DNA of 37,166 nucleotides from Stramenopiles sp. TOSAG23-2 (Eukaryota): NCBI GenBank assembly GCA_900128395.1, contig LT649330.1, positions 1 to 37,166 of the forward strand, read 5' to 3'. Shown piece by piece: positions 19,501 to 27,728 of this stretch (position 1 is its first letter; each line of letters starts with the position of its first letter). The notes under the pieces were generated by a model. It saw only the letters and a program-made list of their open reading frames with translations, ran no database searches and was not told where the DNA came from. The position numbers and the translations under genes were made by a program.

Positions 19501-21807
19501 TAAACTCTTTATTTCAATAAAAGCATTGTTCGTATTACTTCGATCAGAACAGGTATTATCATCCCAAACGCAGTTTCCGTTACATTCCCAACTCCAAAAA
19601 ATATCTTCACATGGCCTAATTTGCGACTCGAACTTTTTTGAAAAAATTTCAGATGCACTTACTTCTTTACTTGGATCATAACATGTATCATCATCCCCCC
19701 ATACACACTTTCCTTTACAATCCCAACTCCAAAAAATATCTTCACATGACTTAATTTTCGTCTCGAATTTTTTTGAGAACTTTTTAATTGCACTTAATTC
19801 TTTACTTGGATCATAACATGTATCATCATCCCCCCATACACACTTTCCTTTACAATCCCAACTCCAAAAAATATCTTCACATGATTTTTCTTTCGCCTTG
19901 CTCTTTTTAACGACATTTTTTGTTTTCTCTTTCTTCGTGTAGACTCTATTCTTACTAACGCATTGGTTCAAAACCCAAATACATTCACCTTTACAATTCC
20001 ACCACCACCAAGTATCTAAACATTTATCATGACCAGTTTTAGTGCTGCGCACTGCTAAATTATTATGTAGATTTTCCTCACTCCCCCCTGGTTTGTCTTT
20101 TGAATACACTTCTTCTTTTACAATTTTAGCTCTTTGGTCATTGAACGCTTTAATTAATAAATCTTTATTAGCAACCACATTTTTTACCGCATTAATTTTC
20201 TTAAAAAAACCTTCCTGTTTCTGTTTGCATTTTTTATCGTCTAGTTTATTCCCAGATTTACAGCCGAGTGGAAGACCTAGCATACACTGTGTCATCTTTT
20301 TTGCTAGATACGTACCAAATCCTTTAACCGCTGTCTTTACCTGCCTTTTAAACATATTGTCTAAATCTATTTTGATCTCGTTTTCCACTTGTTGTTCAAT
20401 GTTTGCGTCATCTAATTTTTTAAATTCCTTTTCCTCTTTTGACAATTCTGCCTTGACTTCTACATCTATTTCACTTTCTTCCCTGTAGCATCTGTTTTCT
20501 TCATCGAGAACCGCTTCTTCAATGGCTTTTTTATTTTCTTTTTCTACTTTATCCTTTTCCACATCTACTTTTTCTTTTTGTACATCTTGCAAAATACCTG
20601 CTTTCATCTTCTCGGTTTCAGTCGATCTAGTCAACCCGTATTCATTTTCCGGACAGTTAACCAGTGCTGGATTTGCGGTGAATCGTCTAATCCAACAATA
20701 TTTTTTCGCTTGGCTGAAAACCGCACCACTGCATTTATCATCACTGATACATGCTTTTTCACAATCGTTGATTGAAGATGTGGAAAATTCGCGTATCCCT
20801 TTCTTACCCCAAAAACATTTACCTGGAGTAGCCACCATAAATCTAGGCAACTTGGGAAATTTGCATAGTTCATACCTTTTGTTATAAGGAACCGATTTAT
20901 CAGCGTAGCCGCATGTTTGATCCGCTTGACAGTACGTAGAGCGACCGTTCTCGCAGACTATTCGGTTTTTTCCTGCAGTTTCAAATTCTGACGGGGTTTG
21001 ACACGCACAATCAGTGCTACTACCAATATCCAAAAACGAAGTTGCAGCTTTTACACGTTCCGTTATTGCATCCTTGTTATTCAAAGCTTGATTTATGACT
21101 TCATTTGTTGCCATTTTTTTAAGTATTACCTTCATCATATCTTTTCTCCCTTCTGGCGATTTCAAATATTTACCCACGTCTTTTATACATTGTTTAAATT
21201 TTTTTTTAAATTTTTCTGCTCCTTTCTTTAGTTTGTCCTTCAATTTACTGTTTTTTGCCTTCTTCTTCTTCATCCTTTTCTTTTTCTTCGCTTTTCTTGC
21301 TTTATCCCTCAACTTTTTCATGTTATCTCTAGCCTTTTTATATGTTTGCTTCATTTTTTTAATAGCCTTTTTTGCCACCTTTTTAAGGGCTTTCATAACT
21401 ATTTTGAAGGCAGCTTTCATGGCTTTAATAATAACACCAAACGCTCCTTTTGCACCCAGCGTTAGCTTAGCCTGACTATTAACTTGCACGAATCGGAAAG
21501 CAGATTGAGTGTTGTTATGGTTGACATTTTGCTTTTCCTCTATTTTTACTTCGCTCAAAACTTTCGCTCCTTCCAGCATAAGATCTACCTGTTCCCATGC
21601 TTTCTGACTAGAATCGCTTCCTTCATCAAAGACGGCAACGTTTCCTACTCTTGTGAAGTTGGATATAGAACTAAGACTGTGTCCTGGTTTATTTACGACA
21701 TTAACACTATGTACTGTAATATTTTCCGCAAGCAAAGGAGTAAAAATTGTTCCGAAAAGAATGGCTAATATTACAAACAAACAATCGAATCGATAACTTC
21801 TTTGCAT
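16573..21807 (-). CDS. Large secreted repetitive protein, ~1744 aa: cationic amphipathic repeat blocks, PAN/apple-like and Trp/Cys modules, coiled coils, (RP)13 tail; candidate polyprotein precursor
   Basis: 5.2-kb uninterrupted ORF. Signal peptide from ATG 21807 (MQRSYRFDCLFVILAILFGTIFTPLLA); PAN-like DCEKACISDDKCSGAVFSQAKKYCWIR; RRSLL x2 and RRLL motifs. Confidence 0.9.
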   Translation of the reverse strand: MQRSYRFDCLFVILAILFGTIFTPLLAENITVHSVNVVNKPGHSLSSISNFTRVGNVAVFDEGSDSSQKAWEQVDLMLEGAKVLSEVKIEEKQNVNHNNTQSAFRFVQVNSQAKLTLGAKGAFGVIIKAMKAAFKIVMKALKKVAKKAIKKMKQTYKKARDNMKKLRDKARKAKKKKRMKKKKAKNSKLKDKLKKGAEKFKKKFKQCIKDVGKYLKSPEGRKDMMKVILKKMATNEVINQALNNKDAITERVKAATSFLDIGSSTDCACQTPSEFETAGKNRIVCENGRSTYCQADQTCGYADKSVPYNKRYELCKFPKLPRFMVATPGKCFWGKKGIREFSTSSINDCEKACISDDKCSGAVFSQAKKYCWIRRFTANPALVNCPENEYGLTRSTETEKMKAGILQDVQKEKVDVEKDKVEKENKKAIEEAVLDEENRCYREESEIDVEVKAELSKEEKEFKKLDDANIEQQVENEIKIDLDNMFKRQVKTAVKGFGTYLAKKMTQCMLGLPLGCKSGNKLDDKKCKQKQEGFFKKINAVKNVVANKDLLIKAFNDQRAKIVKEEVYSKDKPGGSEENLHNNLAVRSTKTGHDKCLDTWWWWNCKGECIWVLNQCVSKNRVYTKKEKTKNVVKKSKAKEKSCEDIFWSWDCKGKCVWGDDDTCYDPSKELSAIKKFSKKFETKIKSCEDIFWSWDCKGKCVWGDDDTCYDPSKEVSASEIFSKKFESQIRPCEDIFWSWECNGNCVWDDNTCSDRSNTNNAFIEIKSLDEKNTSVKLGVEIMQNEQFYPIYKVALKELIRVRTIEYRQRYGIYNNTEMLNATSNMGRRSLLSSRGYEQRKGYGSRALFSKRGGDEGEEDEEVPKRSRRLLFGKKARKKMKKGLKKAGRSMKKGLKKAGNAMKKGIKKMGRAIKKGFKAIGKGLKKFGKWVVKGLKAIGKFTHSFLKMLPGYAFLTTLLTCKGSVGKCMNKAMAAWADAMPGLGPLLKCLKEKDPKTGKKKSKAQCIKKGLKDLASKALEAATFIPGVGQIIDMAKAGVEIALEIKRQVKERAKLKREKKQAIVEGEKYNRKLVKMEDEIERLQEQVDKFDDEVEGAIDEHSREEAVARRSEAEVELNRAKDELDKLEQAEEKRTTGFSFKSINNERGGEEEADENDWGSYISEVRVGRNSDGQKYEQVKLSLEDLLVKNAIRTSAEVSRMNKDSIRNTIIVELSKKAFKNIAILQSLNNDELLKFWNKFVPDKIQRCSTFAAAKCKTTSGAIEITESFIAGINMLQTSGSSLTAVGSALWWDDVVKDPTRINFEPIAAKGVCSNDINIAKAKCSSNPECEAIAKQSNGCWWFLLKKSKSELVPRGRRSLLASRRQGNERIKVQWGRRRGRKKRLKKALKKAKKARKKAKKARKKRFRKVGKAIKKRFRKVGKAIKKRFRKVGKAIKKRFRKVGKAIKKRFRKVGKAIKKRFRKVGKAIKKRFRKVGKVINRRRSRPRPRPEVVREAVVNNPSSFKYITNWNENAPKVKLEYLGEGGCHDDINKVTNKCNENRKCVACGQQKNGCWHMFKASTTGKNQFDVNGYKNWIWAPGPVWETAFIKCENGNTIVTKTGEPFDLTRCIDSSTKDTIKPWCKASPKPAYYIAPKKPARKRYAKARKKRFKKAKKARKKRFRKVGKAIKKRFKKVGKAIKKRFKKVGKAIKKRFKKVGKVINRRRSRPRPRPRPRPRPRPRPRPRPRPRPRPRRRWRGPRRI
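16606..16683 (-). repeat. (Arg-Pro)13 coding repeat with 12-bp period
   Basis: CGCCCA alternates with AGGCCC/AGACCT/AGGCCA; synonymous variation preserves RP. Confidence 0.95.
17368..17600 (-). repeat. Seven tandem 33-bp coding repeats (KKRFRKVGK[A/V]I)
   Basis: Unit tattgcctttccaacttttctaaaacgtttttt; four more copies lie at ~16698-16831. Confidence 0.95.
19555..20025 (-). repeat. Four Trp/Cys modules (CEDIFWSWDCKGKCVWGDDDTC type)
   Basis: Two near-identical copies 135 bp apart, a third CEDIFWSWECNGNCVWDDNTC, and a divergent CLDTWWWWNCKGECIWVLNQC. Confidence 0.9.
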
Positions 21808-21903
21808 TTTAACTTTTGTATGTTGAACATGCGCATGCACGTATAGAATATTATAAGTAGTTTACGTTGCGCTAAACGTAGTGTAGTGCACGAACATTGT
21901 GTT

Positions 21904-22820
21904 CACACTTACTATTTTTATTATCCAGTGTAATTATACTGATAATAATAATAGATAATAGATATAATAGAAGATAGAAGATGATCATATGATGATAATA
22001 ATAGACTCTAAATTCTAAATCCGAAATCTTGTTTTCGAGTGCTATTTAGTGCTTAATAAAGAAACGAGGAGGAGAGCTGGAGAGTAAAGATGACGATAAA
22101 AAAAGGGAGTCATGGTAGCTCTATAATATCGAGATGTTAAGCTAAGGTGAACGTATTATATCGAAGTTAAAATTAAAATTGATGGGAAAAGTGGTACACT
22201 CACTAAAGTACCAGACTACACTTTTTGCTTTGACACACACTTACTATTTTTATGATCCAGTGAATTACTATGATCCCTGATATGATGATAATAATAGACT
22301 CTAAATTCTAAATCCGAAATCTTGTTTTCGAGTGCTATTTAGTGCTTAATAAAGAAACGAGGAGGAGAGCTGGAGAGTAAAGATGACGATAAAAAAAGGG
22401 AGTCATGGTAGCTCTATAATATCGAGATGTTAAGCTAAGGTGAACGTATTATATCGAATTTAAAATTAAAATTGATGGGAAAAGTGGTACAAATAGTTTG
22501 CGATCAACATGGGCCACCTGGAAAAACACGACGCTCTCTCCCCTCTCCCCCCCCCCCACCAAAAATACCTTGAAAACGCGAAAAAAGTGAAAAAAACAAC
22601 AAAATCTGCAATTTTTATGAAAATCTGCAATATGTACATATAATAGATTACTAAGAAAATTGCAGATTTTGTTGTTTTTTCACTTTTTTCACGTTTTCAA
22701 GGTATTTTTGGCGGGGGGGGGGAGAGGGGAGAGAGCGTCGTGTTTTTCCAAGTGGCCCATGTTGATCGCAAACTATTTGTACACTCACTATAAGTACCAG
22801 ACTACACTTTTTGCTTTGAC
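21904..22820. repeat. ~330-bp tandem duplication; the second copy carries a MITE insertion
   Basis: 21987-22233 recurs from 22280, interrupted at aaaagtggTA|cactcac. Confidence 0.9.
22490..22779. mobile_element. MITE, 290 bp, ~125-bp terminal inverted repeats, TA target duplication
   Basis: TA|CAAATAGTTTGCGATCAACATGGGCCAC...GTGGCCCATGTTGATCGCAAACTATTTG|TA. The empty site aaaagtggTAcactcact is present at ~22187-22204. Confidence 0.9.
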
Positions 22821-23063
22821 TATTATTAGTACTAATAATAATAATAATAAAACCATTAGACCTTTATTCATTATTATTATTAGCTATTATATTTATTATT
22901 AATAATAGCCAGGATAGCAGATAGAAGAGTATGTAGTTGAATATTTTTGTCAATCAACTGTCTGAGATGCCTTATTAAGTTAAGCATTATTATTTTTAGA
23001 GTACCTGCACTTAATTTTACTACTACTACACATATAAATATATTGTCTTTAAATACTTTTACC

Positions 23064-24479
23064 ATGAAGTTGTCTTCGAAATGTATAAAAAAAAGTATGT
23101 ATATTTTTATCGTTTGTAGCCTTTCCAGTTTCTTGTTACAATGCTCTTGTTTAAGCTTACATGCGAAGAACAACTTAAGAAATACTTTGGAGTCTGAGGG
23201 AAAAAATATGGAAGAAACGAAAGAACCAATAATAATGCTCACTGGTATGTTATTGCATTCGCATCTTCCTGCAATGATTTCGGCTGCTGGACAATTGGGC
23301 AGAGCTGCTAGTATACCGGAAATGATCGACAGTCACAAAAAACAACTTGAGACAAGAAAGTCATTTGTGTCAGATGGTATATCAAAAGCTCACTTTGGTA
23401 AGGATTGCAAAGATTTAAATTATGACGATCCAACAAGACTACAGTCACTTGATGAGTTGACACATCTTATGAATATAGGGTACGAGGCTATAACGGCTTG
23501 CCATAAGGACTACCAAGACTTTGCAGTAAGATTCTTTCTTGCCGCTAGAAAAAAAATTCATGATTGCCATCTTCGAAAATGTACCGCTAACTTAGAAGAT
23601 GCAATCGAAACCAAAAAAAGCAAAGATGGTGCAAATTTTTTAAACTTAATTGATTTAAGTTTGATAAGTAAGGAATTCTTTTCCATGGTAGAAAGTAAAG
23701 TTAGGGGCCATTTGAAGGAAAGATGGGAAGAGTTATTAAAAAATTATAAAGACGAAATAGAAAAGGTAGCGAATTTTTTTGGCACGAGTTTAGACCAGAT
23801 TTCGTGTTATTGGATAGATGCAATGACAAGCTTCCATAAATTTATTTCACAAATATACAATAAGTTGGATATAACAAAAATTGGTGAGATTATTCCATAT
23901 ATGCAACAACAATTAATTCAGACATTTATGAATGGTGTATTCTTGGATAGTAAAACAATTGCAGACGTAGCACAGGGCATTGGTGAATTGACCAAGCAAG
24001 CAGCTGATAAGGGTGGACAAGTTGAAGATGCAGTGAAAAAGCTTTCTGAAGATATAGCAAAAATAATTGCAACTGCAGAGGTAATGGGTACTATTAAATG
24101 GACAGGGGATATAATGGGTAATATCGGTGCAGGGGCAAAACTTGCGGGCGACTTACTCGCTAACGCTGGTGATCCCACGGCAGCTATGACCGGATTTGGT
24201 ATAGATAAACAAGTTAAAGAGAGGAAAGAATTTGTAGAAAAAAATTTTTGGATTGAGCATTTTTGCCCGTTACTTAGTACCGCTTGCACCCAAGAGCAGA
24301 AAAGCCAAGATGGCGGTATCGTACCAGCGTCAAAAGGTTTTGTGTGCCCGAATTCAGATGCAATAAAAGAGAAGATTGAAAATGATAAAAACATTTTGGA
24401 TCATGTTGCACATTTTGGACATGGATGGGCTGACAATGTCGAGCAGACTTTCCTTAAAGCGCAAAATTTACGGATATAA
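23064..24479 (+). CDS. Secreted, predicted alpha-helical orphan protein, ~471 aa
   Basis: ATG 23064 gives a signal-like MKLSSKCIKKSMYIFIVCSLSSFLLQCSCLS. No domain recognised. The stop coincides with a stray 50-nt copy of internal sequence. Confidence 0.8.
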   Translation: MKLSSKCIKKSMYIFIVCSLSSFLLQCSCLSLHAKNNLRNTLESEGKNMEETKEPIIMLTGMLLHSHLPAMISAAGQLGRAASIPEMIDSHKKQLETRKSFVSDGISKAHFGKDCKDLNYDDPTRLQSLDELTHLMNIGYEAITACHKDYQDFAVRFFLAARKKIHDCHLRKCTANLEDAIETKKSKDGANFLNLIDLSLISKEFFSMVESKVRGHLKERWEELLKNYKDEIEKVANFFGTSLDQISCYWIDAMTSFHKFISQIYNKLDITKIGEIIPYMQQQLIQTFMNGVFLDSKTIADVAQGIGELTKQAADKGGQVEDAVKKLSEDIAKIIATAEVMGTIKWTGDIMGNIGAGAKLAGDLLANAGDPTAAMTGFGIDKQVKERKEFVEKNFWIEHFCPLLSTACTQEQKSQDGGIVPASKGFVCPNSDAIKEKIENDKNILDHVAHFGHGWADNVEQTFLKAQNLRI

Positions 24480-25113
24480 TGGGTAATATTCGGTGCAGGA
24501 GCAAAACTTGCGGGCGACTTAAATGATTTACATTTTAAATAAAATATTTAATTAAAAAATGCATAACTTATTTTATAAAATATATAATAATATATATCGC
24601 CACTCCATTTTCTTGGATCGAGTAAATTGAGCATAATATATATTTATTGATACCACGGGAGAGATAAAAATTATTTTATCACTCTTAGATTTTAAACAGC
24701 ATTCTAAATATATGTCATCATTTATATATATGTCATTTTTTAAATAATATACTTTCGTACAATTTAAATTTTAACGCATTTTATTAATTAATATAACACT
24801 TGTGTGAGATAGATTCTTTCAGTTATTTTATTCTTTTGAAGAGTAGGAATTATCATGAGTAAATTAAAAATAAATTATGCGTAAATTAAATTATATTTTT
24901 ATTACGAAACGTAAAGTATGATATATATGGCGTTGCTATGTTACAAGCACACAACAATATATTTAATTTAAAAAAATAAAAGTTTTTCTTAAAAAATATT
25001 CGCGTTTTTACTACGGACTCTTTCGTACCCTTCATACTCGTATATTTTAAAATGTTCGTTACGCTCTGTCAATGTATACTCGATATTATATACATGTACC
25101 CACGTATATAATT

Positions 25114-25458
25114 TTAATACGATAGAGAAACGTCATAAGATAATATTACAATTAATGGAAGTAGACCCAATAAAATCTCCAAACAATCGCTTAGTTTCTT
25201 CACCCTTCCATAAACGTAAATCCATTCCATAATATACGAAAATAATGCTAAAATGCGAGTGACTTTAGATGGGGCGATACCAGCAGACATTCGCATTGCG
25301 CCGTGCAAAATAGTTGATTCACGAAAGGATGGTTGAAGAACATTATTTAAATTATTATTCACAAAATCAAAAACATACTTTGAAAAGTATAAAATAAAGT
25401 CAAATATGGCATTTCCAATCAAAATGTATGGTAAGACTGTTAAAATTATTTCAATCAT
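25114..25458 (-). CDS. Small multi-pass membrane protein, 114 aa (weak ERG28-like resemblance)
   Basis: ATG 25458, four hydrophobic stretches, and a R..TILHGAMRMSAG...LALFSYIME pattern. The family assignment is tentative. Confidence 0.6.
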   Translation of the reverse strand: MIEIILTVLPYILIGNAIFDFILYFSKYVFDFVNNNLNNVLQPSFRESTILHGAMRMSAGIAPSKVTRILALFSYIMEWIYVYGRVKKLSDCLEILLGLLPLIVILSYDVSLSY

Positions 25459-25777
25459 GGTGTTATCTATTATTATACGATGAATCTGCGTCTCTCTAAT
25501 CGATGTAATATGTAGCAAATCTTTTTCCTACCGATTTTGTCAGAAATACAACACGCATATATGATGTGATATTACAAAGTATAAGTAGTCGTCTGGCTCA
25601 GTCTATCCTTTATTGATCTCTTTGATTTTTTATTATCTTTCTTCTTTTTTTGTATTTATTGTTGCGTTGCTGTTGTTGACCTCTTGAAGATGATGTGATA
25701 GTATCCTAAATGTACCTGGTAGAATATAGATACGGAGAACGAAATGTGTTTTTTGAAAAAAAAAATGATATAATTAA

Positions 25778-26495
25778 AGCCCGTTCATAGCCATAGTCCT
25801 GTGTGTTAAATGTGTGTTAAATTTAGTGCATCCTACGCAAAACTTAAAATTTATAACCAAGGACAATAGGAATTTACACGCTTGTGTATCCTTGTGAAAA
25901 AAACAACAATTTAAAACTAAGGACAATGGAAAACCATAGTCCTGTGTGTTAAATGTGTGTTAAATTTAGTGCATCCTACGCAAAACTTAAAATTTATAAC
26001 CAAGGACAATAGGAATTTACACGCTTGTGTATCCTTGTGAAAAAAACAACAATTTAAAACTAAGGACAATGGAAAAATAGTATTTTAGCAAATTGTTGAA
26101 ATGGACAAAATTTGAAGCCCATCATATTTTAAGTACAAAAATTATTGTATTCTATTAAGTGACATATAGGCTCATAGCTAGAAACACGCTAGGATTTTTG
26201 CCTTATATTTTTATCCCAGGTTTACAGTTAGGGTTATATACATTGTCTAATTATCAATTATAATACGTTGTAATAATATCTTCATGAAAATATTTATTGC
26301 CATAATATATATACACAGTATCACATATACCGCAAATTTAAATCAGAATGGGCACTTCGGGAGTATAGGTGCATTTTTTAGCCAATTTTACGGTAAATGT
26401 GGTGTTTTTTGTCCCCATTGTCCTTAGTTATAAATTTTAAGTTTTGCGTAGGATGCACTAAATTTAACACACAGGACTATGGCTATGAACGGGCT
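25778..26495. mobile_element. Non-autonomous TIR element with TTAA target duplication and AG..CT termini (Kolobok-like)
   Basis: TTAA|AGCCCGTTCATAGCCATAGTCCTGTGTG...CACACAGGACTATGGCTATGAACGGGCT|TTAA. ~80-bp inverted arms, an internal 143-bp duplication (25791-25933/25934-26076), no ORF. Confidence 0.75.
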
Positions 26496-26830
26496 TTAAC
26501 TAGATTAACGCATCTATAATACTGTATATTATCCAGCTATCCTTGTTTCGTTAGAATATTTTTTTTATACTAAATTGATACCTATTCGAAAATTAAGGGA
26601 ATTAAAATCTGAGTTTGTGTCAATGATGCCTGAACCATGCCAGCATGCCTGAACGTTATAATAATAAATAATTTAAATTGCGCAAAAACATTATATACAG
26701 TATTTTTTCAGCAATACAATACATGTACATGAATACAACACATAATATATCGATATCTAGGGCATACATTCCACTTCATTAGTGACAGTTTGTATATATA
26801 TATAGCAAAATAAAATAAATATTAAACATA

Positions 26831-27403
26831 ATGCCATCATCAATAGCAAATCGAAGGCGATTGTCACCACATTGGTCAGCTTGTCATAATAATAATATCA
26901 AATTAGTGAAAAATTGGTTGCGAAAACTTAGAGCAAAAGATAAGTTAGCTCCAGGAATAGATCAAATAGATATATATTCAAACTATACACCATTAATGTT
27001 AGCATGTGGTGCAAATAACTTAGATATAATTAAAGAATTAATAAATGCGGGTGCTAATGTTATGGCTGGAAATGATAATAATTTGACACCTGCTCATATA
27101 TGTGCTAAAAATGGGTATAAAAAAGCATTAGGAATTTTAATTAAGCAAAATTCTGAAGTATTGTATCAAAAAACAATTAAAGAATTATCTCCTCTCCATT
27201 TTGCGGGTGAATCCAATCGAATTAAAACAGTGAAATTTATGTTTGAAAAAGATACATCTGAAACATTTGATTTAGTAAAAGTCCTCGGTACAGAGGGTTT
27301 AAGTTATTCAAATAAAATTATGGTATTAATTGAACAAGCTGAAAAACGGCACAAAGATAAAGAATTTTCCGTACAAGCAGCAAAAATGAAAGCTAATTGG
27401 TAA
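26831..27403 (+). CDS. Ankyrin repeat protein, 190 aa
   Basis: SPHWSAC, TPLMLACGANNLDIIKELINAGANV, TPAHICAKNG, SPLHFAG. Confidence 0.92.
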   Translation: MPSSIANRRRLSPHWSACHNNNIKLVKNWLRKLRAKDKLAPGIDQIDIYSNYTPLMLACGANNLDIIKELINAGANVMAGNDNNLTPAHICAKNGYKKALGILIKQNSEVLYQKTIKELSPLHFAGESNRIKTVKFMFEKDTSETFDLVKVLGTEGLSYSNKIMVLIEQAEKRHKDKEFSVQAAKMKANW

Positions 27404-27598
27404 AAAATATTCATTAAATGTAAAATATAAAAATAAGAAACACACAAAAATGTAAAACAAAAATATACGTATATATATATACTTCCGTACAAGCAGCAAA
27501 AATGAAAGCTAATTGGTAAAAAATATTCATTAAATGTAAAATATAAAAATAAGAAACACACAAAAATGTAAAACAAAAATATACGTATATATATATAC
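27367..27598. repeat. 116-bp tandem duplication across the ankyrin gene stop
   Basis: ttccgtacaagcagc...tatatatatac at 27367-27482 and 27483-27598. Confidence 0.95.
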
Positions 27599-27728
27599 TT
27601 TGTACGACTCGTACGAGTATTATATTCGTATAAAATATACGAAGTACTCTCGTAATATATAATATTTTAATATATTCTAGAATGAGATACACGTGTCGTA
27701 TGATACAGCTACAACAGACGCACACACA

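Noticed and set aside
16380-21768. Plus-strand ORFs with FFIAFPTFLKR and GRGL repeats
   Set aside because: Antisense shadows of the repetitive giant ORF, with no independent features.
10034-25458. Sterol or lipid gene cluster (desaturase-like, CPI1, ERG28-like)
   Set aside because: The genes are interspersed with unrelated ones, the ERG28 call is weak, and contiguity is uncertain.
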